Shown here one piece after another: positions 48,607 to 56,858 of a DNA stretch of 64,000 nt. Origin of the DNA: an uncultured bacterium (GTDB taxonomy: Bacteria; Bacillota_I; Bacilli_A; RF39; UBA660); NCBI GenBank assembly GCA_946643435.1, contig CAMPCD010000001.1:4908-68907 (forward strand), in the 5' to 3' direction. A program made the position numbers and the translations under genes. Position 1 is the first letter of the stretch, and the number at the start of each line of letters is the position of its first letter. Under the pieces are notes generated by a model, which saw only the letters and a program-made list of their open reading frames with translations, was not told where the DNA came from and searched no databases.

Positions 48607-49146
48607 TTAAATAATTGATACATAATATTCTAATGCTTTTTCTTCATTTTTTAAAGTAGTTTTATCACCATGCCCAGGATAAAGAACTATGTTTTTATCA
48701 TAAGTTAATATTTTCTTTATACTATTTATCATTTCCATAGGATCCCCACCAGGTAAATCCATCCTACCTATTGAACCTTCAAATATAAAATCTCCTACGA
48801 ACATACATTTATCTTTCTTAAAATAAAATACTATTTGATCTTCTTTATGTCCTGGAGTATATATTACATCAAATTCAAAATTATTTATCTTAAACATTCC
48901 CTCTTCTAAATTATATTTATCATATATAGGGCATTTAATACTATCAGTTATTGTTGGTATTGCACCTATATGATCATCATGTGTATGTGTTACTAATATT
49001 GCAATAATCTTATAACCTTCAACTTTAGATAATATTTTATCTGCTTCATCACCTGGATCAATTAATATTACTTCCTTATTTTTATCATCAAATAATAAAT
49101 AACAGTTAGTTTCTAAATTACCAACAACTACACTATCGATTCTCAT
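48607..49146 (-). CDS. MBL-fold metallo-hydrolase (glyoxalase II-like)
   Basis: THTHDDH motif, later TPGH and GDFIF...GRMD. Confidence 0.8.
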   Translation of the reverse strand: MRIDSVVVGNLETNCYLLFDDKNKEVILIDPGDEADKILSKVEGYKIIAILVTHTHDDHIGAIPTITDSIKCPIYDKYNLEEGMFKINNFEFDVIYTPGHKEDQIVFYFKKDKCMFVGDFIFEGSIGRMDLPGGDPMEMINSIKKILTYDKNIVLYPGHGDKTTLKNEEKALEYYVSII

Positions 49147-49202
49147 ATATCCTCCTTTAATTAATACCTTCTCTATGCTATAATTAATAATAGGTGATAA
49201 AG

Positions 49203-49733
49203 ATGATATTAATAATAATTTGTACTTTATTAATCATAATAACTATTATAACTTCAATTGTTTATAATTCAAATAATATTCTTACTTTTTATAAAGTTAG
49301 AGTTAATAAAGCAGAAGAAGAAATAGAAGATGAATTAGATAATAGATATTCAATAGTTAAAGAAATACAAAAAACTATAGAAAAATCAACTAAAAAAGAA
49401 TTAAAGATATATAAAGATTTAGATGAATTAAAAGATAAAAAAACAATATCAACAATAGAATATGATAAATTACTAAATGAATTAGTTGATATGATATATT
49501 TAATTGAAACAGATTATCCTAAAATAAGTAAGAAAAAAGATTTTAAAGAAACAATAGTTAAGTTAAATGAATCTAAAACAAGAATCATGGCTGCTAAAGC
49601 ATTCTATAATGATAATAATATAGAACTTAACAAATTATTAAAAAAATTCCCAACTAATATTTTAGGTAAATTTAATAATATAAAAATTAAACCTAACTAT
49701 GAAATAACAGATGAAATAGAAGATGAATATTAA
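49203..49733 (+). CDS. LemA-family protein
   Basis: N-terminal TM helix and the C-terminal AAKAFYNDNNIELNKLLKKFPTNILG LemA signature. ATG at 49203 after AGGTGA. Confidence 0.7.
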   Translation: MILIIICTLLIIITIITSIVYNSNNILTFYKVRVNKAEEEIEDELDNRYSIVKEIQKTIEKSTKKELKIYKDLDELKDKKTISTIEYDKLLNELVDMIYLIETDYPKISKKKDFKETIVKLNESKTRIMAAKAFYNDNNIELNKLLKKFPTNILGKFNNIKIKPNYEITDEIEDEY

Positions 49734-49734
49734 T

Positions 49735-50166
49735 TCATCTTCTTTTTATTCTTTCATATATGGATGCTATATCATCTATAATACATACAATCCATGCTTC
49801 TCTAGACAAAGGTAATCTTAAGCCAACAGGAAACATATGAGACAAAATTATTTGTTCTTCTTTTTTACTTAAATCAAAATATTTTTTAGAATTAGCTAAG
49901 GCTAATTTAGGATGAGTAAATAGTACTTTAATTCTAGTAAAAATATTTAACTTTTGATTATTAACTAAAAAGAAATCATGCAACAAACCAGCTCTAGCTG
50001 CAGCTTTATAATCTAATTTATGTTTTTTACAATATTTATAAGATAACTTAGATACTCTAGATACATGATCTAATCTTGTTATTCCATGATGTTTAAAATC
50101 TTTTAATTTTAAGAATTCTTTATTAGATAGAATATCCTTAGTTATTTTCATATATTCTTCATCCAT
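49735..50166 (-). CDS. HD-domain phosphohydrolase
   Basis: H...GLLHDFF HD motif, 143 aa. Confidence 0.7.
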   Translation of the reverse strand: MDEEYMKITKDILSNKEFLKLKDFKHHGITRLDHVSRVSKLSYKYCKKHKLDYKAAARAGLLHDFFLVNNQKLNIFTRIKVLFTHPKLALANSKKYFDLSKKEEQIILSHMFPVGLRLPLSREAWIVCIIDDIASIYERIKRR

Positions 50167-50188
50167 AGTATCACCACTTTTATTATAA

Positions 50189-50213
50189 CAAAAAAACTAA
50201 GGCAAGCCTTAGT
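50189..50213 (-). terminator. Intrinsic terminator ending tRNA array 1
   Basis: Minus-strand ACTAAGGC-TT-GCCTTAGT followed by T6. Confidence 0.7.
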
Positions 50214-50224
50214 TAATTTCAAAA

Positions 50225-50300
50225 TGGTGCCCCGGGAGGAATTCGAATCCTCGACCCACTGATTAAAAGTCAGTTGCTCTACCAGCTGAGCTACCGGAAC
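50225..50300 (-). tRNA. tRNA-Lys (anticodon UUU), CCA encoded
   Basis: Cloverleaf folded by hand. Anticodon loop CTTTTAA, T-loop GGATTCGAATCC context, 3' CCA. Confidence 0.9.
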
Positions 50301-50318
50301 ATATATAATTAAAAAGAA

Positions 50319-50394
50319 TGGTTGACCCGGATGGATTCGAACCATCGGAATGTCAGAGTCAAAGTCTGATGCCTTACCACTTGGCTACGGGTCA
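50319..50394 (-). tRNA. tRNA-Gln (anticodon UUG), CCA encoded
   Basis: Acceptor TGACCCG/CGGGTCA, anticodon loop CTTTGAC, T-arm GGTTCGAATCC. Confidence 0.9.
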
Positions 50395-50403
50395 ATAAAT
50401 AAG

Positions 50404-50487
50404 TGGTGGAGGGTCATGGATTCGGACCATGGAACCCGAAGGAACAGATTTACAGTCTGCCGCGTTTGACCACTTCGCTAACCCTCC
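50404..50487 (-). tRNA. tRNA-Tyr (anticodon GUA), long variable arm, CCA encoded
   Basis: Acceptor GGAGGGT/ACCCTCC, anticodon loop CTGTAAA. Confidence 0.9.
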
Positions 50488-50496
50488 ATAAAAAAA

Positions 50497-50572
<76 letters not shown>

Positions 50573-50580
50573 ACATATAA

Positions 50581-50657
50581 TGGTGGGCGATACAGGACTC
50601 GAACCTGTGACCCCCTGCTTGTAAGGCAGGTGCTCTAACCAACTGAGCTAATCGCCC
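50581..50657 (-). tRNA. tRNA-Val (anticodon UAC), CCA encoded
   Basis: GGGCGATTAGCTCAGTTGGTTAGAGC..., anticodon loop CTTACAA. Confidence 0.95.
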
Positions 50658-50678
50658 GACTTTAATAAAAAATATAAA

Positions 50679-50767
50679 TGGTGCCCGAGGCCGGACTTGA
50701 ACCGGCACGAGGGTTGAATCTCGCAGGATTTTAAGTCCTGTGCGTCTACCAATTCCGCCACTCGGGC
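50679..50767 (-). tRNA. tRNA-Leu (anticodon UAA), long variable arm, CCA encoded
   Basis: GCCCGAGTGGCGGAATTGGTAGACGC..., anticodon loop CTTAAAA. Confidence 0.95.
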
Positions 50768-50807
50768 AACACGTAAAATAATGTCTTAAATTAATTAAGA
50801 CTACTTA

Positions 50808-50836
50808 AATATAACCTATAATTTGTAAAAAATCAA
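50808..50836 (-). promoter_or_regulatory. Sigma-A promoter (TTGATT-17 nt-TATATT) for tRNA array 1
   Basis: -35 at 50831-50836 and -10 at 50808-50813 on the minus strand. Confidence 0.6.
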
Positions 50837-50855
50837 GTTTTTTTAATATTTTTAT

Positions 50856-50886
50856 AAAAAAAGATTAATACTTTTCGTATTAATCT
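50856..50886 (-). terminator. Intrinsic terminator ending the three-gene operon
   Basis: Minus-strand AGATTAATAC-GAAAA-GTATTAATCT followed by T7, overlapping the stop at 50885. Confidence 0.75.
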
Positions 50887-51136
50887 AATTATTTGCAGCG
50901 TATTTATTTAATAACAACTTAGATAATTCATTGATTTCATCAGTATCTGTAAGACTTATAATTTCTAATGAACCATCCTTATTTATTACTTCTTTTATTA
51001 GTAAATTATCTGTATCTATATCAGCTTGAGCTTCATTTATTACAGCAGCAAGAATAATATCTCTACTACCAAACTTTGTTTCTTCCAATACTAGATAAGA
51101 TATATTATCTAAATCTATAATCTTTCCTTTATACAT
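50885..51136 (-). CDS. Small (83 aa) acidic protein, paralog of the 53408-53683 protein
   Basis: AGGTGA RBS overlapping the upstream stop. The N-terminal GKIIDLDNISYLVL aligns by eye with GDVIEFDGIKAIVL of the 91-aa protein. Confidence 0.55.
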   Translation of the reverse strand: MYKGKIIDLDNISYLVLEETKFGSRDIILAAVINEAQADIDTDNLLIKEVINKDGSLEIISLTDTDEINELSKLLLNKYAANN

Positions 51137-51144
51137 ATAATCAC

Positions 51145-53397
51145 CTATATACTTCTTCCAGCTGTATTTTCAGCAGCCTTAGCTAATTCTTCTAATATTT
51201 CATCTTTTGAGAACCAAGCATAGTACATACCATTAGGTTGTTTAAATGCCCACATTACTGTACCATCTGGTGCTACAGCTTCTTTAAAGAAAGTAGCTCC
51301 ATTACCAACTATATTCTTTAAGTGTACTGAGTTTAAAGCATCTGATGAAACTTTACCAAATTCAAGTCCACTTATATCTACTGGTTGACCACTCTTAACC
51401 ATATCAGTTAATTGAGTATAATCAGGTGCTGTAGGTACATCAGGAGTAACTTGAGGTACTACTGTTGTTTGTGTATCAGCTACAGTTGGTGTTGGTTCTG
51501 GTCCAGGTGTTGGTTGTACATCTGTTGTTTGTGTTGCAGCATTCTTAGCAGCATCTAAAGCTTGTGCTTCATCAGCATTTAATGGTGTTAATCTTTCTTT
51601 AGCAGCTTCAAATAATGTATTTCCTGTTACCATTTCAAATACGTTACCTGCGATATAACCAACTGCTACACCGTTAACAAATGCATTTAATGGTGTAGAA
51701 TGCATCTTTTTGTTGAATGCTACTAACTTATCTTTTATTGGTTGAGGTACTTTGTCTAATGCTGCATCTCTTATTTGAGCTACTTTACCATCTGGATGTT
51801 TATTAGCCCATGTATTTACAACTGATCCAGTTATTTTAACAGCAGATATACCCATACGGATAACACCTACTCCAGGTACACACGATAATCCTGCACCTAC
51901 TACCATACCACCAGCAAATGCTAAGCCTTTCTTTAATGCTTCCATAGCTTTTTCTTTTTTACTTGCTGTTTGTTGTTGTTCTGGTTGTGGTTGATCAGGT
52001 AATGGTGGTGGAGTTGGTTGATCATTAGTTTGAACTGGTGCATCTACTGCAGCTGGTGGTTGGAATCCACCGACAGCATAACCAGTCTCTGGATTTGGTT
52101 TATGTTGATCATTAGTATCAACCGGTTCATCTATTGCAGCTGGTGGTTGGAATCCTCCAACAGCATAACCAGTCTCTGGATTTGGTTTATGTTGATCATT
52201 GTCATCTTTTGATGATTCTTGATCTTTAGTATTATCTTTTGATATTACATTTAAGAACATTTCAGGATATTGTTCCTTGATACCATTGAGTTTTTCTCTT
52301 AAATCAGCAAAATGCTCTTTTTCAAAATCATCTAATTGGAATTTTACTGCATGTTCATATTCATTTTCAATTCCAGGGTATGGTTCAATATTTAATATCT
52401 TACCCATGGCATTTCTGATATCATTTATTTCACCTAATATTTGAGCATATTTTTCAGGAACAGTCTTATCTAAAGAAGCTATTTCACCAACTCTAGCTCT
52501 GAATTTTTCAAATTCTTCCTTCTTTTCAGGATCCATTGTATCAGGTAGTGATTCTTTTTCTACACCTAGATATGGATCTTTGCCTAAAATATCACTCATA
52601 GAGAACATTAATCTCATGTATTCTCTTAATAATTCTTCATTAGTTTTTGTTTCTTGTTTTAAATCTTTATTAAACAATGGATCATTATGTGGATCATATG
52701 ATTCATCATATTCATCAGTATTAGGATTAAAATACCATCCGTCTGCATTCTTTCCATATCCTGAGTTTGCATATTCTACTAATACTGGATCTTTATCATT
52801 TACTAAATCTTTATTGAATAATGGATCATTATGTGGATCGTATGATTCATCATATTCATCAGTATTAGGATTAAAATACCATCCGTCTGCATTCTTTCCA
52901 TATCCTGAGTTTGCATATTCTATTAATACTGGGTCTTGTTCTTGTTGTGCAGTTGTTGTATCTACATTAGGTACAGTTTGATTAATATTTTCTGTATCAT
53001 TAGTTACAGTTTGATTAATGTTTTCTGTATCGTTACCTTGAACAAGAGCATTATAAGCATTTTGAATATCTTGATATCCTGCTTGTTTTCCATCTATAAC
53101 ATATCCAGGAACTGGATCATTCATATAAACAGCGTTAGCATCAGGTGCATTATCTAATATTTTTCCTAATTCTTCTTCAGATAATGTAGATACATCAATA
53201 CCATCAACTATTGATTGTTGTTTTTCTACTATTTCTATAGTAGAAATTGGATTATCATATCCATCATCCATAGCACCTTCACCAACTCTTAAATCATATT
53301 TGTTAGAATCATAAGGTTCACCCATAATACGTTCAAATGCTTGTTCAGGTGTTTCATTTTCTAATATATAATCTGTTTTAACTATTTTATCGTTCAT
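51145..53397 (-). CDS. 750-aa repeat-containing protein with Gly-rich hydrophobic segments and Pro/Thr linker, unknown function
   Basis: AGGGGGA RBS and no signal peptide. Internal tandem repeats of 10, 48 and 29 aa. Hydrophobic Gly-zipper-like segments GLAFAGGMVVGAGLSCVPGVGVI and NAFVNGVAVGYIAGNVF. C-terminal globular domain. Confidence 0.7.
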   Translation of the reverse strand: MNDKIVKTDYILENETPEQAFERIMGEPYDSNKYDLRVGEGAMDDGYDNPISTIEIVEKQQSIVDGIDVSTLSEEELGKILDNAPDANAVYMNDPVPGYVIDGKQAGYQDIQNAYNALVQGNDTENINQTVTNDTENINQTVPNVDTTTAQQEQDPVLIEYANSGYGKNADGWYFNPNTDEYDESYDPHNDPLFNKDLVNDKDPVLVEYANSGYGKNADGWYFNPNTDEYDESYDPHNDPLFNKDLKQETKTNEELLREYMRLMFSMSDILGKDPYLGVEKESLPDTMDPEKKEEFEKFRARVGEIASLDKTVPEKYAQILGEINDIRNAMGKILNIEPYPGIENEYEHAVKFQLDDFEKEHFADLREKLNGIKEQYPEMFLNVISKDNTKDQESSKDDNDQHKPNPETGYAVGGFQPPAAIDEPVDTNDQHKPNPETGYAVGGFQPPAAVDAPVQTNDQPTPPPLPDQPQPEQQQTASKKEKAMEALKKGLAFAGGMVVGAGLSCVPGVGVIRMGISAVKITGSVVNTWANKHPDGKVAQIRDAALDKVPQPIKDKLVAFNKKMHSTPLNAFVNGVAVGYIAGNVFEMVTGNTLFEAAKERLTPLNADEAQALDAAKNAATQTTDVQPTPGPEPTPTVADTQTTVVPQVTPDVPTAPDYTQLTDMVKSGQPVDISGLEFGKVSSDALNSVHLKNIVGNGATFFKEAVAPDGTVMWAFKQPNGMYYAWFSKDEILEELAKAAENTAGRSI
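52021..52200. repeat. Tandem 87-bp repeat x2 within the CDS (NDQHKPNPETGYAVGGFQPPAA unit)
   Basis: Units at 52021-52107 and 52108-52194 are near-identical when read side by side. Confidence 0.85.
52648..52935. repeat. Tandem 144-bp repeat x2 within the CDS (DPVLxEYANSGYGKNADGWYFNPNTDEYDESYDPHNDPLFNKDL unit)
   Basis: The copies are offset by exactly 144 nt. About 5 mismatches over about 131 aligned nt, by eye. Confidence 0.9.
52975..53034. repeat. Tandem 30-bp repeat x2 within the CDS (NDTENINQTV unit)
   Basis: Read directly from both the DNA and the translation. Confidence 0.8.
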
Positions 53398-53407
53398 AAT
53401 AATCCCC

Positions 53408-53683
53408 CTATACAGTACCTACTTCATTAGGAGTAACTCCTAATTCATTCATAGATTTTTGAATTCCTTGTTGAATTTTAGGAAATAATCTATCAAGTTC
53501 AGCTTGTTCAGTAACTTTTGTGTATGTACCATTATTGTCAATTAATAAATAAAAATCTTGAGTATTAATCAAATCTTCACCAGTTACTTGATTAACAAAA
53601 AGATAATTATAATTATCAACAAATGTAGTTAATACTATAGCTTTAATTCCATCGAATTCAATAACATCACCAATGTTTGCCAT
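53408..53683 (-). CDS. Small (91 aa) protein, paralog of the 50885-51136 protein
   Basis: AAAGGAG RBS. First gene of the operon. Shares the N-terminal motif with the 83-aa protein. Confidence 0.55.
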   Translation of the reverse strand: MANIGDVIEFDGIKAIVLTTFVDNYNYLFVNQVTGEDLINTQDFYLLIDNNGTYTKVTEQAELDRLFPKIQQGIQKSMNELGVTPNEVGTV

Positions 53684-53782
53684 ATTTATGCTCCTTTACA
53701 CTTATCATCATACTTTAATTATACTAAATGTAGATTAATAAAAATAATAAAACAATATAATTTTACAAAATACTTTGTAAAT

Positions 53783-53807
53783 AAAAAAATACTAGTAAAC
53801 CTAGTAT
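53783..53807 (-). terminator. Intrinsic terminator ending tRNA array 2
   Basis: Minus-strand ATACTAG-GTTTA-CTAGTAT followed by T7. Confidence 0.7.
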
Positions 53808-53820
53808 TTATATATAAAAA

Positions 53821-53896
<76 letters not shown>

Positions 53897-53916
53897 ATAT
53901 TTTATTATAAAAAAAA

Positions 53917-53993
53917 TGGCGGTCCGTACGAGATTCGAACTCGTGATCTCCTGCGTGACAGGCAGGCGTCATAGGCCTCTAGACTAACGGACC
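53917..53993 (-). tRNA. tRNA-Asp (anticodon GUC), CCA encoded
   Basis: GGTCCGTTAGTCTAGAGG..., anticodon loop CTGTCAC. Confidence 0.95.
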
Positions 53994-53998
53994 ACAAA

Positions 53999-54075
53999 TG
54001 GTTGCGGGAGAAGGATTTGAACCGACGACCTCCGGGTTATGAGCCCGGCGAGCTACCAGACTGCTCTATCCCGCG
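53999..54075 (-). tRNA. Initiator tRNA-fMet (anticodon CAU), CCA encoded
   Basis: 5' CGCGGG with an unpaired C1-A72, and three G-C pairs closing the anticodon stem (GGGCTCATAACCC). Confidence 0.9.
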
Positions 54076-54092
54076 ATAACTAACAAATTAAA

Positions 54093-54185
54093 TGGCGCAG
54101 AAAGAGGGATTCGAACCCCCGCGCGAGTTGCCCCGCCTCCTGGTTTTCAAGACCAGTCCCTTCAACCGGACTTGGGTATTTCTGC
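54093..54185 (-). tRNA. tRNA-Ser (anticodon UGA), long variable arm, CCA encoded
   Basis: GCAGAAATACCCAAGTCCGGTTGAAGGG..., anticodon loop CTTGAAA. Confidence 0.9.
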
Positions 54186-54212
54186 ACACCGGTGTTCTTT
54201 TCGAACAAGTTG

Positions 54213-54242
54213 ATTATAACACAATATAATTTAATTAGTCAA
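54213..54242 (-). promoter_or_regulatory. Sigma-A promoter (TTGACT-18 nt-TATAAT) for tRNA array 2
   Basis: -35 at 54237-54242 and -10 at 54213-54218 on the minus strand. Confidence 0.65.
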
Positions 54243-54262
54243 CAAAAATAATAAAAAAGGGA

Positions 54263-54619
54263 TTATTTCCCTTTTTCATCGATTTCTTTTAGCTTTTCTT
54301 CAATCCAAATTGGTAAGTGTTCTTTAAGTGGAGTAAAGCCACGAACAGTCTCATGAATCTTTCGTGGTACATCAGCACGATAGTTTAAACCCTTAACAGA
54401 TAAAATACATTTTTTACTAGTTTCATCTATTGATTTAATCTCAGCATAGACATTTTCGCCCACGCTTGCATATTTATTAACATCATTTACAAATTTTTCT
54501 GTTATCTCGGATATATGTATTAATCCAGTATAACCATTTTCAAGTTTCACAAATATACCGTAACTTTGAACGCCAGTTACTACACCTTTTACAACACTTC
54601 CGACTGAAAAGTCTTCCAT
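54263..54619 (-). CDS. S1 RNA-binding domain protein (YabR/GSP13-like)
   Basis: GSVVKGVVTGVQSYGIFVKLENGYTGLIHISE S1 motif, 118 aa. Confidence 0.8.
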   Translation of the reverse strand: MEDFSVGSVVKGVVTGVQSYGIFVKLENGYTGLIHISEITEKFVNDVNKYASVGENVYAEIKSIDETSKKCILSVKGLNYRADVPRKIHETVRGFTPLKEHLPIWIEEKLKEIDEKGK

Positions 54620-54700
54620 AATTGCACCTCGTTAAGTATTATATCAAATTAACTTTACTTTGTATATAATTTTATTTATAATCTAAATTGGTGAAGAGAT

Positions 54701-54934
54701 ATGGATGAAAAAATTGAAATTATCAAAAATGTTTTAGATTCACTTAGACCATTTATACAATCAGATGGCGGAGATATAGAATTCGTAAAATATGAAGATG
54801 ATTATGTATATATAAAATTAACTGGTGCCTGTGTAGGCTGTTCATTTATAGATTACACATTAGAAGATAATGTATATGAAGCTATAAAAGAACAAATACC
54901 TGAGTGCAAAGGTGTATTAAATATAGACATTTAA
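54701..54934 (+). CDS. NifU C-terminal-domain (Nfu-type) Fe-S cluster scaffold/carrier protein
   Basis: LRPFIQSDGGDIEFV...LTGACVGCS motif, 77 aa. Confidence 0.85.
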   Translation: MDEKIEIIKNVLDSLRPFIQSDGGDIEFVKYEDDYVYIKLTGACVGCSFIDYTLEDNVYEAIKEQIPECKGVLNIDI

Positions 54935-54960
54935 AAACATCACTATATGTGATGCTTTTT

Positions 54961-56856
54961 TTATGCAGATTTTTCTAATATTTTTGCTCCTGAATCTCCA
55001 GGCAATCCTATAGATTGAACATTGCTTTGTCCATCAGGAACAACTACAGGACCAGCATCTAAAAATGATGGAACTGTATTTTCACCAGTTGGTGTAGATA
55101 CCGATTGTACATTAGATAAATCAATTGTTGGTACATCTAATGATGGCATTTGATTTACTGGTTGTACTGGTTCTATTGGTTGAACTGTTGGTTGCACTGG
55201 TTCAGGTACTTGTGGTTCAACTTGAACTGGTTCTAATTGTGTATTTGCCATATTTGTTATTGGTTGTATTTCAGGTATTCCAGTATTTATTGAAGGAGGA
55301 GTACTAATTGTACTTTCTTCAGGTATTGGAATATTAACTGTTGTATTTTGGATCATGTCTGTTTGAACAGGATTAGCTGGCATAACACTTGTTGGTTGAA
55401 CTAATTCTGTTTGTACAGCTACTGTGTTATCAACTATTGGAGTAACTGTAGTCTCTACTGGTGTATCAGTAGTAGTTACAGTTGGTTGTTCTATTATTTG
55501 TTGTGGAGCCTCTACAGGTTGTACTAATGTTGTTTGTGTTTCAACTGGTTGTACTATTGTAGTTTGTGTTTCAACCGGTTGAACGATTGTTGATTGAGGT
55601 TCAACTGGTTGTACTATTGTATTTTGGTTTTCAACAACTGTAGGTTGTACTACTTCTTGAGTAACAGGAGCTACTGGTGCTTGTTGCACTGGAGCTGGTT
55701 GTACAGCAGGTTGCTCTACTACTTGTTGTTGTACTGGTTCAGTTAACACAGTATTTTGAACAGGAGTCATTGTATCTACTGGAACACTTGGTGTTGTAGG
55801 TACAAATGCTTCTTCATGTATTACATTTTCTTCAGCAACTGGTTCTTGTGCAGCAACAGGTAAATTATTTATATCAATAACACTAGGTTGTTGAACTACT
55901 ACACTTTGTTGTTGATTAATATTTAATGTTTCACTTATTTCAGGATAATTATTTGCTCTTAATATATTATTAACTTGTGTTGTATCAGCTCCTGTTTGAG
56001 GTAAAATAACCTTTAATACTGATACTACTTTATTCTTTTCATCATCTGTTAATACAGGTAATGTATTATTATTCACTAAAGCAATTGGTGCTTGTTCTTG
56101 CATTGGTACTTGTTGTACTGGTACAGTTTGAATAACTTGTGGTTGTACGGGTTGTACCGGTTGAACTGGTACTGTTTGAACAATTTGTGGTTGTTGAACA
56201 AATTGAACAGGTTGTTGAACTGGCACTTGTTGAACCATTTGTACTGGTTGCATTGGTACTTGTTGCATTGCTGGTTGTACAGGTACTTGTTGTACTGGTA
56301 CAGTTTGAACAACTTGTTGTTGTACAGGTGCTTGCATTGTAAATGCATTAGGTATTGCTGGTTGTTCTAAATTTTGTTGTACAGTTTGATCATTACCCAT
56401 GACTGATTGATCAAAGAATGCAATATTACCTGTAGGTTGTACAGCTACTTCCTTAGGTTGTTGCATTAATTGATTATTCAAAATATTAGCCAACATATCA
56501 TCAGTTACAGCTACCTTCTTATAAGGACCAACAACATATTGAGTTGGCTCTAATGTAGATAATTGTATCTTTTGAAGATATTCATCTCTAGTAAAATCGA
56601 CATTAGGAACAGCCATACTTTGAATAGCATCTTTAATACTTTGCCATTCATCTTGTGGAATAGGAATAAACTCTGAATTTTTATTTCCTGTTTCAGTAAC
56701 ATAAATCTTATTTAATTCTTTACCATTTTGTAATGACTTTTCATCTAAATGAAATACCAATAAATGTCTACCAGATGGAATATAAGTAAATCTAGCTAAA
56801 CCACTTGCATTTAAAATGTTATTATTGATTAAAACACTTATTGCAACTTTCTCCAT
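54961..56856 (-). CDS. 631-aa protein with globular N-terminal domain and long Pro/Gln/Val-rich low-complexity regions
   Basis: A continuous ORF through compositionally biased DNA. An N-terminal domain of about 130 aa, a short folded island around residues 260-315, and the rest VQQVPVQP-type repeats. Confidence 0.65.
   Translation of the reverse strand: MEKVAISVLINNNILNASGLARFTYIPSGRHLLVFHLDEKSLQNGKELNKIYVTETGNKNSEFIPIPQDEWQSIKDAIQSMAVPNVDFTRDEYLQKIQLSTLEPTQYVVGPYKKVAVTDDMLANILNNQLMQQPKEVAVQPTGNIAFFDQSVMGNDQTVQQNLEQPAIPNAFTMQAPVQQQVVQTVPVQQVPVQPAMQQVPMQPVQMVQQVPVQQPVQFVQQPQIVQTVPVQPVQPVQPQVIQTVPVQQVPMQEQAPIALVNNNTLPVLTDDEKNKVVSVLKVILPQTGADTTQVNNILRANNYPEISETLNINQQQSVVVQQPSVIDINNLPVAAQEPVAEENVIHEEAFVPTTPSVPVDTMTPVQNTVLTEPVQQQVVEQPAVQPAPVQQAPVAPVTQEVVQPTVVENQNTIVQPVEPQSTIVQPVETQTTIVQPVETQTTLVQPVEAPQQIIEQPTVTTTDTPVETTVTPIVDNTVAVQTELVQPTSVMPANPVQTDMIQNTTVNIPIPEESTISTPPSINTGIPEIQPITNMANTQLEPVQVEPQVPEPVQPTVQPIEPVQPVNQMPSLDVPTIDLSNVQSVSTPTGENTVPSFLDAGPVVVPDGQSNVQSIGLPGDSGAKILEKSA
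55501..55620. repeat. Tandem 30-bp repeat x4 within the CDS (TIVQPVExQx unit)
   Basis: TIVQPVEPQS/TIVQPVETQT/TIVQPVETQT/TLVQPVEAPQ at residues 413-452. The DNA periodicity is visible. Confidence 0.8.
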
Positions 56857-56858
56857 TT

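Noticed and set aside
50148-50345. 65-aa ORF in the track (MVRIHPGQPFF...).
   Set aside because: It lies entirely over tRNA-Lys and tRNA-Gln and the terminator, so it is an artefact of the GC-richer tRNA sequence.
52018-53157. Plus-strand ORFs 52018-52212, 52580-52981 and 52936-53157.
   Set aside because: They are antisense to the 750-aa CDS. They merely mirror its tandem repeats (the same peptide is repeated twice) and lack an RBS.
50771-53820. Considered whether the three-gene module is a classic tRNA-targeted genomic island.
   Set aside because: There is no integrase or recombinase. I found no direct repeat of the tRNA-Phe 3' end in 50771-50884, and no other mobile-element genes. Only the position between the tRNA arrays is suggestive.
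55125-56370. ORFs 55125-55307 (+), 56076-56348 (-), 56092-56370 (+) and 56139-56342 (+).
   Set aside because: They are frame artefacts of the periodic Pro/Gln/Val-coding repeat DNA. Their translations are monotonous (LVLV..., YQYN...) and they are nested in the long 631-aa ORF.
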